The translations under genes were made by a program, and so were the position numbers. A stretch of DNA of 44,099 bases from an uncultured Alphaproteobacteria bacterium (GTDB lineage: Bacteria > Pseudomonadota > Alphaproteobacteria > Caulobacterales > Caulobacteraceae). The stretch spans positions 1-44,099 of the forward strand of contig CAIYZB010000214.1 in the NCBI GenBank assembly GCA_903930545.1. The letters run 5' to 3'. Positions within the stretch are counted from its first letter, which is position 1; every line of letters begins with the position of its first letter. The notes under the pieces were generated by a model, which worked only from the letters and a program-made list of their open reading frames with translations, was not told the origin of the DNA and did not search any database. This document shows positions 15,835-24,803 of the stretch, piece by piece.

Positions 15835-17514
15835 ATGAAACTCTGGACCTGGATCGGCGGTGCCGCCCTGGTGGTGGTCGCGGCCATCGGCCTGGCGGCG
15901 GCCAACAAGGCCACCATCTTTGCCATGATCGCCCATTCCAAGCTGCCCAAGGTCGCTCCGAACGAGCCTGTGACCTGGGCACAGGGGCCTTCCACTCCGA
16001 TGAGCGGGGACAGGCCACCCAACATCGTCTTCATCCTGGTCGACGACATGGGTTACAACGACATCACCTTCCATGGCGGCGGCATCGCCAATGGCGCGGT
16101 CCCCACCCCCAATATCGATTCCCTCGGTCATGAAGGCGTCGAGCTGGTGAACGGCTATGCCGGCAATGCCACCTGCGCGCCGTCGCGGGCCTCGATCATG
16201 ACGGGCCGTTATCCGACCCGCTTCGGCTTCGAGTTCACACCGGCACCTGTGGCCTTCGAAAAGATGGTCGGCACGGCCAAGGAGAAGGGCCAGATCATTG
16301 CGCCGAAGTTCTTCTCAGACCGAGTAAAGGACATGCCGGATGGCAGCGCCGAGCCCACCCCGACGGCCATCAATCAGCTCAGCGTCCCGGCTTCCGAGGT
16401 CACCATTGCCGAGGTCCTGAAGGCCGACGGCTATCACACCCTGCATTTCGGCAAATGGCACCTGGGAGGCAAGGCGGGCTCGCGTCCTGAGGACCAGGGC
16501 TTTGATGAAAGCCTGGGCTTCATTGCCGGCGGCTCGATGTTCCTGCCGGAGAAGGACCCGAACGTCGTCAATTCCAAGCAGCCCTGGGACCCCATCGACC
16601 GCTTCCTGTGGCCGAACCTTCCCTACATGGTTCAGTTCAACGGCTCGAAGATGTTCGCCCCCAAGGGCTATATGACCGACTATCTGACGGACGAGGCCAT
16701 CAAGTCCATCAAGGCCAACAAGAACCGCCCCTTCTTCATCTATTTTGCGCCCAATGCGATCCACACCCCGCTGCAGGCCAAGAAGGAAGACTATGACGCC
16801 CTGCCCCAGATCAAGGACCATCGCCTGCGGGTCTATGGGGCCATGGCGCGAAACCTGGATCACAATGTCGGCCGCATTCTCCAGACCCTGAAAGACGAGG
16901 GCCTGGACGACAACACCCTGGTGATCTTCACCAGCGACAACGGTGGCGCTGGCTATATCGGTCTGCCCGACGTCAACCGCCCCTATCGTGGCTTCAAGTC
17001 GACCTTCTTTGAAGGCGGCATCCACGCGCCCTTCTTCATGCGCTATCCGGGGGTCATCAAGGCGGGCAGCCAGTTCGCTCCGCCCGTGGGTCATATCGAT
17101 ATCTTTGCCACGGCCGCAGGTGCCGCCGGGGCCAAGATCCCGACGGACCGTGTGGTGGATGGTGTGAACCTGCTGCCCTATTTCTCGGGCAAGACCACCG
17201 GCCGCCCACACCAGGTCATGTTCTGGCGCTCCGGCCAGTATCAGGTGGTGCGAGATGGTGACTGGAAGCTCCAGGTGAACGGGGCCCGCAACAAGATCTG
17301 GCTGTTTGATCTGGCAAAGGACCCGACGGAGCAAGTCGACCTTTCCACAAAGGAGCCGGCAAGGGTCAAGGCCATGCAGGCCCTGCTCGCCGCCCAGAAT
17401 GCCCAGACGGTGAAGCCCATGTGGCCATCCCTGCTTCAGGGTCCGGTCTTCGTCGATCACCCCAGTGGCGTGCCTCAAAAGCCCGGCGAAGAGTATATTC
17501 TCTGGGACAATTGA
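15835..17514 (+). CDS. Sulfatase (type I, FGly-dependent) with N-terminal membrane anchor/signal
   Basis: PPNIVFILVDDMGYND, canonical CAPSRASIMTG, GKWH, IHTPL, SDNG, EGGIH and LFDLAKDPTE motifs. Confidence 0.93.
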   Translation: MKLWTWIGGAALVVVAAIGLAAANKATIFAMIAHSKLPKVAPNEPVTWAQGPSTPMSGDRPPNIVFILVDDMGYNDITFHGGGIANGAVPTPNIDSLGHEGVELVNGYAGNATCAPSRASIMTGRYPTRFGFEFTPAPVAFEKMVGTAKEKGQIIAPKFFSDRVKDMPDGSAEPTPTAINQLSVPASEVTIAEVLKADGYHTLHFGKWHLGGKAGSRPEDQGFDESLGFIAGGSMFLPEKDPNVVNSKQPWDPIDRFLWPNLPYMVQFNGSKMFAPKGYMTDYLTDEAIKSIKANKNRPFFIYFAPNAIHTPLQAKKEDYDALPQIKDHRLRVYGAMARNLDHNVGRILQTLKDEGLDDNTLVIFTSDNGGAGYIGLPDVNRPYRGFKSTFFEGGIHAPFFMRYPGVIKAGSQFAPPVGHIDIFATAAGAAGAKIPTDRVVDGVNLLPYFSGKTTGRPHQVMFWRSGQYQVVRDGDWKLQVNGARNKIWLFDLAKDPTEQVDLSTKEPARVKAMQALLAAQNAQTVKPMWPSLLQGPVFVDHPSGVPQKPGEEYILWDN

Positions 17515-17522
17515 TCTGATCC

Positions 17523-17563
17523 GGCCTGCTGCGGCCAAACCGGCTGGTGTGCCGCAGCAGGCC
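17523..17563 (+). terminator. GC-rich stem-loop after the sulfatase stop (terminator or mRNA stabiliser)
   Basis: Perfect 13-bp inverted repeat GGCCTGCTGCGGC / GCCGCAGCAGGCC with a 15-nt spacer; no U-tract. Confidence 0.5.
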
Positions 17564-17612
17564 CGGATAAGGGTCGACTAGGTCTTGAAGGTCCGCCCAA
17601 GGAGGGTCGAAC

Positions 17613-18215
17613 GTGTCAGATGTTGCCAGCCTTGACTCCGTCCTGTCGGACCCGGAGACCGATGGCCGCCGCCGCCGCGCCCAGGATAGCCGGGGACGCA
17701 TAGTCGAGGCCATGGTGGCCCTGACCCAGGCTGGCCATATTCCTGTGAGTGCCGAGATGGTGGCTGAACGGGCCGGTGTCGGTCTGAGGACCGTCTTTCG
17801 GCACTTCAGCGACATGGACAGTCTCTACCGGGAAATGTCCCTGACCATCGAAACCCAGTTCATCCAGGGCCTGTCCGAGCCTCTGACTGGTGACACCTGG
17901 CAGGAGCGCCTTCGGGAACTGATCGGTCGCCGGATTACCAATTTCGAGACCGTCACCCCCTTCAAGCGGGCGGAGGCGGCCTATCGTCACCGTTCGCGGT
18001 TCCTGCAGTCCGACGTCCAGCGGATGAACACCTGGCTGAGGGACGCCCTGATCTGGGTCCTGCCCGAAGCGATCTGCAACGATGCCAGCCGCTTCGAGGT
18101 CCTCGACCTGCTATTGTCCTTCGAGAGCTGGGACCGTCTGCGCCGGGATCAGGCCCTGTCGCCGGAACAGGCCAGGAAGGCCCTGGAACGGGCCGTGGAC
18201 ACCCTTCTGGCCTGA
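17613..18215 (+). CDS. TetR/AcrR family transcriptional regulator
   Basis: GGAGGG SD before GTG; DGRRRRAQDSRGRIVEA and HTH SAEMVAERAGVGLRTVFRHF. Confidence 0.93.
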   Translation: MSDVASLDSVLSDPETDGRRRRAQDSRGRIVEAMVALTQAGHIPVSAEMVAERAGVGLRTVFRHFSDMDSLYREMSLTIETQFIQGLSEPLTGDTWQERLRELIGRRITNFETVTPFKRAEAAYRHRSRFLQSDVQRMNTWLRDALIWVLPEAICNDASRFEVLDLLLSFESWDRLRRDQALSPEQARKALERAVDTLLA

Positions 18216-18247
18216 TCTGAAACTGGCAACTTGGCTTTTCGGATTAT

Positions 18248-18268
18248 TTTGGCATTGTGCGTGTCGAA
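18248..18268. promoter_or_regulatory. Palindromic operator copy D
   Basis: TTTGGCAT-TGTGC-GTGTCGAA directly upstream of the 18287-20068 gene pair. Confidence 0.55.
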
Positions 18269-18286
18269 ATCTCCGGAGCTCACCGA

Positions 18287-18907
18287 ATGTCCCTGACTGT
18301 CTGGCTTTCAGCCCTCGGCCTCTATGTCCTCTTCAGGGCCTGGTATGACAACTGGCGCGGTCCGATCCGTGCCAAGGAAATCGACGACCTGATTGCCGCT
18401 GCACAGAACGGCCCTACGGCAGGGGCCAATGACATGAGCATCATCCGCAAGTTCCTTCAGGAGGATGACGGCCGCGAGTTTGTCATGTGCAACCTGGTCA
18501 AGGTGGCGGACGGCATGATCCCCCACCCCACCACCGGGGTGCCGACCCCAGGGCGCGATCTGATGCAGGTCTATAGCAAGGCCTTCATGCCCGCCCTCTT
18601 TGCCCGGGGCGGCCATCCGGCCATCGTGGCCCGCAAGGTGGGCGGCTATGTGGATGCCTGGCATGTGGAGCCGGACCCGGGTTGGACGGTGATGGGCTAT
18701 ATGCGCTACCGCAGCCGCCGCGACTTGATGGAGCTGGCGGCCGACAAGCGGTTCCACCACGTCCATCCCTTCAAGATCGCTGGCACCGCCGAGACCTTTT
18801 CTTTCCCGACCCAGCCCATGCTGATGATGTTTGTCGGCCCGCGTCTGTGGGTCGGACTGGTCATCGCCCTCGGCGCCGCCCTGACCCAGATCGCCCTGCT
18901 CGCCTAG
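18287..18907 (+). CDS. Hypothetical protein with N- and C-terminal TM helices and a DUF1330-like dimeric alpha/beta barrel core
   Basis: GGAG SD before ATG 18287; DDGREFVMCNLV, GGHP and W...MRYRSRRD patterns resemble DUF1330-like proteins. Confidence 0.7.
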   Translation: MSLTVWLSALGLYVLFRAWYDNWRGPIRAKEIDDLIAAAQNGPTAGANDMSIIRKFLQEDDGREFVMCNLVKVADGMIPHPTTGVPTPGRDLMQVYSKAFMPALFARGGHPAIVARKVGGYVDAWHVEPDPGWTVMGYMRYRSRRDLMELAADKRFHHVHPFKIAGTAETFSFPTQPMLMMFVGPRLWVGLVIALGAALTQIALLA

Positions 18908-18922
18908 AGGAAGACCCGTGCC

Positions 18923-20068
18923 ATGACCGAGCCCTATGTCCTCTACGGGTCACACGCCTCCTATTACACGGCCAAGACCCGGAGCTATCTGCGCAAGAAG
19001 GCCATACCCTTCATCGAACGCATGCCCAGTCATCCCCGGTTCCGCAGCCATGTGAGGCCGACCACGGCCAATCACCGGGTCCCCCAGATGGAGACCCCGG
19101 ATGGCCTGTGCCTACAGGACACCACGGTCATCTTTGATCTGCTGGAATCCCGGTTTCCCGACATCCCGGCCATCCCTTCGACACCCCGTCAGAGGGTCAT
19201 CACCCACCTGATGGAGCTCTTTGCCAGCGAGGCCCTGGTACGTATGGCCTGGCAGTATCGCTGGTTCCATGAGGCCAATTTCCAGTTCGTGAAAATGGAC
19301 TTCGGGCGCTCCTTCCGCCCCCAGGGCAGCGATGCCGAACTGCTTCAATACGGCAATGTCATCGCCGACCAGATGATGAGCCTGGGCAAGATCGCCCCCA
19401 CCGAGGCGGACAGGGCCGAGCTGGAGGCCAGCTATCTGAAGCTCCTGCGGTGCATGGAAGACCACCTGATCGAGCACCCCTTCCTGCTGGGCGGTCACCC
19501 CAGCGCCGGGGACTATGCCCTGATGGGGGCCCTCTATGCCCATCTGGGTCGCGATCCGGTCCCCCTGCGCCTGATGCAGGACAATGCGCCGCGGGTCTTC
19601 CGTTGGGTCGAGCATATGAACACGCCGGAGATTCAGTCGCCGGAGTTTCCGGATGTGCCCATCGCCTATGCCCCGGACGATTCCATCCCCACCTCCCTGG
19701 AGCCCCTGCTGCGGCTTCTGTTCGAAGGCCATGCTGACCGCTTCATCAATTCGGCCCTGGCCTGGAATGCGGTGATCGAGGCTGGCAATCCCGAGGCCGG
19801 GGAACAGATCTCGGCCGACCGAGACCAGCCACTGCTGCCACCGGTGACCGTCACCCGCGATGGCGACGAGGTTGTTGTCCGGGCGGCTGTCCTCGATGTC
19901 TGGCTGCTTCAGCGGGCCCTGGGCTATTTCCATAGCCTCGGGGCCACCGATCAGGCCGCCGTTCGGGACCAGCTGGCCCGCGTCGGCGGTGAGGGTCTGG
20001 TCTCGGTCCGGATCCAGCGCCCCCCGGTCCGGCGCAATGGCCGGTTCGAATGGGGCCCTCAGGAATAG
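18923..20068 (+). CDS. Glutathione S-transferase-like protein (long form)
   Basis: YGSHASYYTAKTRSYL, RVPQMETPDG..LQDTTVI and FLLGGHPSAGDY motifs; same family as 9995..11131. Confidence 0.87.
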   Translation: MTEPYVLYGSHASYYTAKTRSYLRKKAIPFIERMPSHPRFRSHVRPTTANHRVPQMETPDGLCLQDTTVIFDLLESRFPDIPAIPSTPRQRVITHLMELFASEALVRMAWQYRWFHEANFQFVKMDFGRSFRPQGSDAELLQYGNVIADQMMSLGKIAPTEADRAELEASYLKLLRCMEDHLIEHPFLLGGHPSAGDYALMGALYAHLGRDPVPLRLMQDNAPRVFRWVEHMNTPEIQSPEFPDVPIAYAPDDSIPTSLEPLLRLLFEGHADRFINSALAWNAVIEAGNPEAGEQISADRDQPLLPPVTVTRDGDEVVVRAAVLDVWLLQRALGYFHSLGATDQAAVRDQLARVGGEGLVSVRIQRPPVRRNGRFEWGPQE

Positions 20069-21084
20069 GCGGCCAGGGTCCGTTCGATCAGCCAATAGGC
20101 GGCCAGTGAGCCGATGAGATAGGCTGGAGCCAGGCGCGCCAGGGTCTCGGTGGGCCAGGTGATGCGCCGGCGAACCTGCCTCAGCAGCAGGATCACACCG
20201 ACTGCTGCCGCAATGAAGATCAGCTGGCCGATCTCCACCCCGACATTGAACAGGAACAGGGCCTGGGGGGCGGCGCCGGGAGGAAGTCCGATCTGGGCGA
20301 GGGCACCGGCAAAGCCGAAACCGTGTAGCAGGCCGAAGATGAAGGCCACCAGCCAGGGATAGCGCTGGGTCAGGGTCGGCGCACGCCCCGGCCGGGGCAG
20401 AAGCTCGGTGGCCACAAAGACGATGCTCAAGGCAATGAGAGCCTCGATCAGGGCCGGGGGAAACCGCACAAAGCCCAGGGCCGCCACCGCCAGGGTAATG
20501 CTGTGGGCGACGGTAAAGGCTGTCACCGCCTTGATGATCTGGCGGTTCACCCCCACCAGGAGCAGAAGCCCCAGCACGAACAGCAGGTGATCAAACCCCG
20601 CGAGGATGTGCTCCACCCCGAGGGTCAGATAGGTCGGGACCGAGACCCCCTTCGGCCCGCTCAGGCTAAGGACCATGCTGGGGGACGAGGGCTTTAGCAC
20701 CGCATTGAGGTCCTCGCCGTCCATGCGGTCTACCCGCACCAGGACATCGGTGACCGTCTGGGCCAGGCCGTCGATGGTCACTGTCTGGCCGTCCAGGGGC
20801 ACCCCCTTGGGGACCTGCCAGGCCTTGACCAGATAACTCTGGGTATGGGTCTCCCGAGGCGTGATCCGAGCAAGCGCCCCGGAGGACAGCCGGGGCGACA
20901 GGCGGATCGCCATGTCCCCGACCACCGGCTGTTTCCAGACCACCTCATAGCCGCCGCCGGCCTGTTGCGTGATCTGCAGGAGGGCGGGGCGGACTTCATG
21001 GGCCAGGGCTCGCCCGCCAAGACCTGTCAGGATCGACAGGCTCAGGAGGCAGAGCGCCAGTAGCCCACGTCCATGGCGTGCCAT
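20059..21084 (-). CDS. HupE/UreJ family membrane protein (extended, signal peptide plus periplasmic domain)
   Basis: Signal ending ALA-HEVRP; GVEHILAGFDHLLF, AFTVAHSITL, GLLHGFGFA and FNVGVEIGQL motifs; ATG 21084. Confidence 0.88.
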   Translation of the reverse strand: MARHGRGLLALCLLSLSILTGLGGRALAHEVRPALLQITQQAGGGYEVVWKQPVVGDMAIRLSPRLSSGALARITPRETHTQSYLVKAWQVPKGVPLDGQTVTIDGLAQTVTDVLVRVDRMDGEDLNAVLKPSSPSMVLSLSGPKGVSVPTYLTLGVEHILAGFDHLLFVLGLLLLVGVNRQIIKAVTAFTVAHSITLAVAALGFVRFPPALIEALIALSIVFVATELLPRPGRAPTLTQRYPWLVAFIFGLLHGFGFAGALAQIGLPPGAAPQALFLFNVGVEIGQLIFIAAAVGVILLLRQVRRRITWPTETLARLAPAYLIGSLAAYWLIERTLAAYS

Positions 21085-21223
21085 AAGTCCCAAATCCGGC
21101 CCCCGTTCAAACAGGTGTTTTGACATCGCCGCGTGCGACGGGCAATCATCAAACCAATGGGCTACAGGCCTCGGGGAGATACGATCTCTCAGGGAAAACC
21201 GGGCCCGGATTGGGGAGACAGAC

Positions 21224-23176
21224 ATGCGCCTTATGGGTCATCCGGCGACTTGGGGGGCAATAGCCCTGACCACCTCGCTCTTTGCCAGCACAGCCCTGAT
21301 TGCTGCGGCCCCAACTGCCCCTGCAAAGGCCGCCGCCAAGCCAGCCGTCTCTGCCCCGGCGGCCAGCGCCAAGGCAGCAACCTCACCGGCCCATGCCCCC
21401 GGCTACAACACCGAACGCAACGCCTATTTCGGCGACCTGCATGTCCACACCAAGCTGTCCTTTGATGCCTATATCTTCAATGTCCGGGCGTCGCCGGATG
21501 ACGCCTATCGCTTTGCCAAGGGCGAGGGCATTGGCCACCCAGGTGGCTACAATATCCGCCTGACCGGCGGGCCCCTGGACTTCGTCGCCGTCACCGATCA
21601 CGCGGAATATATCGGGTCCATGGAGGAGGCGAACCGGCCCAACTCCGTCCTGTCCAGGCTGCCCATAACCCAAGGCTTGTTCAGCACCGACCCCAAGGAG
21701 ATCGGTGCGGCCTTCACTCGCATCGTGACAGCCTTTGCCTTTGGAGGCCTGCCCCCCGAGTTCCAGGACAAGTCCATCCAGAGCCGGGCCTGGAAGGAGA
21801 TCCAGGACGCCGCGGCCAAGCACAATGATCCTGGGCGTTTCACGGCCCTGGTAGGCTATGAATACACCTCGGCCCCGGACGGCCGTAACATGCACCGCAA
21901 TGTCATCTTCCGGACCTCCAAGGTCTCGGAACTGCCCTATTCCGCCGTCCAGTCCGCCAATCCCGAGGACCTGTGGCGGACCATGGATGTCTGGCGCAAG
22001 GGCGGGGTGGAGTCCCTGGCTATTCCGCACAACATGAATGGCAGTGACGGGATGATGTTCCAGACGACCAAGTTCGATGGCACGCCCATGGACAAGGCCT
22101 ATGCCGACATGCGCCGTCGCAATGAACCCATTGCCGAGATGACCCAGATCAAGGGGACATCTGACACCCATCCCTCCCTGTCGCCCAATGACGAATGGGC
22201 CAATTTCGAGATCATGGAGTCCTATATTGGCTCCACAAGGGCGGTGACCAAGTTCTCTGGCGGCTATGTTCGTCAGGCCCTCAAGGACGGCCTGGTGATG
22301 CAGGAGACCAAGGGCTTCAACCCCTTCAAGTTCGGCTTCATCGGCTCCAGCGACACCCACCTGGCCGCACCGGGTCTGGTGGATGACCGCGACTATCACG
22401 GCAAGGTCGGCCGCGTGGATTCCACCCCCGCCCAGCGAGGCTCAGTGCCCAATAATGGCGCGAAGTCCTGGGACGACCCCAATGCGGCGGTGGGTGCCAA
22501 CAATGCCCGCTTTCAGTCCTGGGGGGCCTCTGGACTGGCTGGGGTCTGGGCTGAGGAAAACACCCGTGAAGCCATCTATTCGGCCCTGCGCCGTCGCGAG
22601 ACCTTTGCCACTTCCGGGCCCCGGATGCGGGTCCGGTTCTTTGCCAGCCATGACTATGCCAGCGACATCCTGAAGGACCGCAATGTGGTCAGCCAGGCCT
22701 ATGCCAAGGGCGTACCCATGGGCAGTGACCTCCTGGGCGTGAAGGGCAAGACCCCGAAATTCATCGTCTGGGGGGTTCGCGATCCCAATTCTGGCTATCT
22801 GCAAAGAGCCCAGGTCGTGAAGGGCTGGGTGGAAAACGGCGTCGCCAAGGAAAAGGTCTTTGACGTCGCCTGTTCCGATGGCCTTGCCCTGGACAAGACC
22901 ACCTCCCGCTGCCCGGACAATGGAGCCACCGTCAATACCGCCACCTGCGAGACCTCGCGGTTCAAGGGCGATGCGGAAATGCGCACTCTGTGGACCGATC
23001 CGGAGTTCAATCCCCGCCAGCGGGCCTTCTATTATGTGCGGATCCTGGAGAACCCCTCCTGCCGCTGGTCTACATGGGATGCCATCCGAAATGGCACGCC
23101 CCCTGCACCCAACCTGCCCAAGACCATCGTCGAGCGGGCCTGGTCCTCGCCGATCTGGTACGAACCCAAGGCCTGA
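21224..23176 (+). CDS. DUF3604 domain protein (secreted PHP-fold metallohydrolase)
   Basis: GGGGAG SD, signal peptide and Ala/Pro linker; FGDLHVHT, LDFVAVTDHAE, GYEYT, HRNVIFR, IPHN, EMTQIKG, GSSDTH and ERAWSSPIWY motifs. Confidence 0.88.
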   Translation: MRLMGHPATWGAIALTTSLFASTALIAAAPTAPAKAAAKPAVSAPAASAKAATSPAHAPGYNTERNAYFGDLHVHTKLSFDAYIFNVRASPDDAYRFAKGEGIGHPGGYNIRLTGGPLDFVAVTDHAEYIGSMEEANRPNSVLSRLPITQGLFSTDPKEIGAAFTRIVTAFAFGGLPPEFQDKSIQSRAWKEIQDAAAKHNDPGRFTALVGYEYTSAPDGRNMHRNVIFRTSKVSELPYSAVQSANPEDLWRTMDVWRKGGVESLAIPHNMNGSDGMMFQTTKFDGTPMDKAYADMRRRNEPIAEMTQIKGTSDTHPSLSPNDEWANFEIMESYIGSTRAVTKFSGGYVRQALKDGLVMQETKGFNPFKFGFIGSSDTHLAAPGLVDDRDYHGKVGRVDSTPAQRGSVPNNGAKSWDDPNAAVGANNARFQSWGASGLAGVWAEENTREAIYSALRRRETFATSGPRMRVRFFASHDYASDILKDRNVVSQAYAKGVPMGSDLLGVKGKTPKFIVWGVRDPNSGYLQRAQVVKGWVENGVAKEKVFDVACSDGLALDKTTSRCPDNGATVNTATCETSRFKGDAEMRTLWTDPEFNPRQRAFYYVRILENPSCRWSTWDAIRNGTPPAPNLPKTIVERAWSSPIWYEPKA

Positions 23177-23178
23177 GG

Positions 23179-24033
23179 GTGACCTTCACCGACCGTTTCG
23201 AACGACTGCCGGGGCCCCTCAAGTCGGGCCTGAGGGAGCCGCTCACCCACTTCCTGCTGATCGGGGCCCTCCTGTTTGGCGGGGGCCTGATCTTCAAGGC
23301 GCAACAGCGGCCAGTGATTGTCGTCAATACCCAGGACGTCGCCCAGATGGCGGAATACTGGGAACTCCAAAGCCAGCGCCCCCCGACCCGTGAGGAGCTC
23401 ACCGCCATGGTTCGCGAGCGGGTTGATGAAGAGATCCTGGCCCGTGAGGCCCAGCGTCTGGGCCTGGACCAGGATGACCTCATCATCCGCCGTCGCCTGG
23501 CCCAGAAGATGGCCTTCGCCGGACAGGACGTCGCCCCGATCCCGGAGCCCTCCCCCAGGACCCTGGAGTCCTATTATGACCGGACCCGGCAGACCTATGC
23601 TGAGCCCGCCCACCTGACCCTGCGCCATGCCTTTTTCAGCGTCGAGCGCACGGAGGGTGATCCCAGGCTGGCGGCCGAAGCCGCCCTGGCCACCACTCGC
23701 AGCGGCCAGACCCCGGTCAGCGATCCCTTCATGCTGGCCCTCACCTATGCCGATGTCAGTGCGATCGAACTTCTGCGGGACTACGGGCCCGAATTCGCCC
23801 AGCTGGCGGAAAAGGCGCCTCTTGGGACCTGGGTCGGGCCAGTGGCCTCGCCCTTTGGCTGGCATGTCGTGCGGATCGAGTCCCGACGCCCGGCCCGCAT
23901 CCCCCCGTTCAACGATGTGAAGTCCGAAGTCCGCGACGCTTACATGGCCGAACAGCGCCAGGCGGCGAATGCCGGCTTCATGGCCAAGCTGCGCAAGCGC
24001 TATCGCATTGAGGTGGCCGAGGCCCCCGCCTGA
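23179..24033 (+). CDS. Parvulin/PpiC-like peptidyl-prolyl isomerase-fold protein, membrane anchored
   Basis: GTG 2 bp after the DUF3604 stop; REPLTHFLLIGALLF anchor, EEILAREA..LGLD..D.IIRRRLAQKM and GPVASPFGWHVV. Confidence 0.82.
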   Translation: MTFTDRFERLPGPLKSGLREPLTHFLLIGALLFGGGLIFKAQQRPVIVVNTQDVAQMAEYWELQSQRPPTREELTAMVRERVDEEILAREAQRLGLDQDDLIIRRRLAQKMAFAGQDVAPIPEPSPRTLESYYDRTRQTYAEPAHLTLRHAFFSVERTEGDPRLAAEAALATTRSGQTPVSDPFMLALTYADVSAIELLRDYGPEFAQLAEKAPLGTWVGPVASPFGWHVVRIESRRPARIPPFNDVKSEVRDAYMAEQRQAANAGFMAKLRKRYRIEVAEAPA

Positions 24034-24035
24034 CC

Positions 24036-24803
24036 TCAGGCATTTCGGGCCATGAGCCCGCCATCCACCGGGATCACTGTCCCGGTGATATAGGAGGCGG
24101 CGGGCAGGCAGAGGCTGAGGGTCATGTGGGCCACTTCCTCCGGCCGTCCATAGCGCCCAAGCGCTGTTCGACGACGGGCAAAGTTCTCACGATCCGCCTC
24201 GGGAATGGCTTCGGTCATGCCGGTCAGGATTGGCCCCGGGCAGATGCAGTTGACGGTGATACCCTCGCGGCCCAGTTCCACGGCCAGAGCGCGGGTCAGG
24301 CCCGTCACCCCGGCCTTGGCTGCGGCATAGGCGCTATTGCGCGACGTCGCCCCCAGGGCCTCGGTCGAGGCGATATTGACGATCCTCGGATGGTCGGCCT
24401 GACGCAGAAAAGGCAGGGCAGCCCGAACCATTTCCTGCTGCCCAGTCAGCATGACGGCCAGGGCCCGGGTCCAGGCCGAGTCATAGGCCGGACTGTCTAT
24501 GGCCGCAAAGCCGCCGACCCCGGCATTATTGATCACGATATCCAGCCCGCCGAACTGCCGGCCGATCTCCTCCACCCGCACCCTGATCTGGTCAGGATCT
24601 GACAGGTCCAGGTCCCAGCTCTCGGCCCGACCGCCCGCCTTGCGAATGTCTGCGGCGACAGCCCTGGCGAGATCGCCCCTGAGGTCGGTGACCGCGACCT
24701 GGGCTCCTTCCCTGGCAAACAGCTCGGCCGTCGCCCGGCCCATACCGCTGGCGGCCCCGGTAATCAGGACGCGGGAACTCTCGACAGAACGGGGATCGGA
24801 CAT
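24036..24803 (-). CDS. SDR family NAD(P)-dependent oxidoreductase
   Basis: TGAASGMG, NNAG, YAAAK and ITG.VIPVDGG motifs; ATG 24803. Confidence 0.9.
   Translation of the reverse strand: MSDPRSVESSRVLITGAASGMGRATAELFAREGAQVAVTDLRGDLARAVAADIRKAGGRAESWDLDLSDPDQIRVRVEEIGRQFGGLDIVINNAGVGGFAAIDSPAYDSAWTRALAVMLTGQQEMVRAALPFLRQADHPRIVNIASTEALGATSRNSAYAAAKAGVTGLTRALAVELGREGITVNCICPGPILTGMTEAIPEADRENFARRRTALGRYGRPEEVAHMTLSLCLPAASYITGTVIPVDGGLMARNA

Noticed and set aside
20059-21084. Hydrogenase or urease accessory cluster
   Set aside because: No hydrogenase or urease structural or maturation genes; this is the extended HupE/UreJ form next to DUF3604.
619-24803. Accessory region as a recently acquired mobile island or prophage
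   Set aside because: No integrase, transposase, tRNA, terminal repeats or phage genes, and coding composition looks like the core genes.
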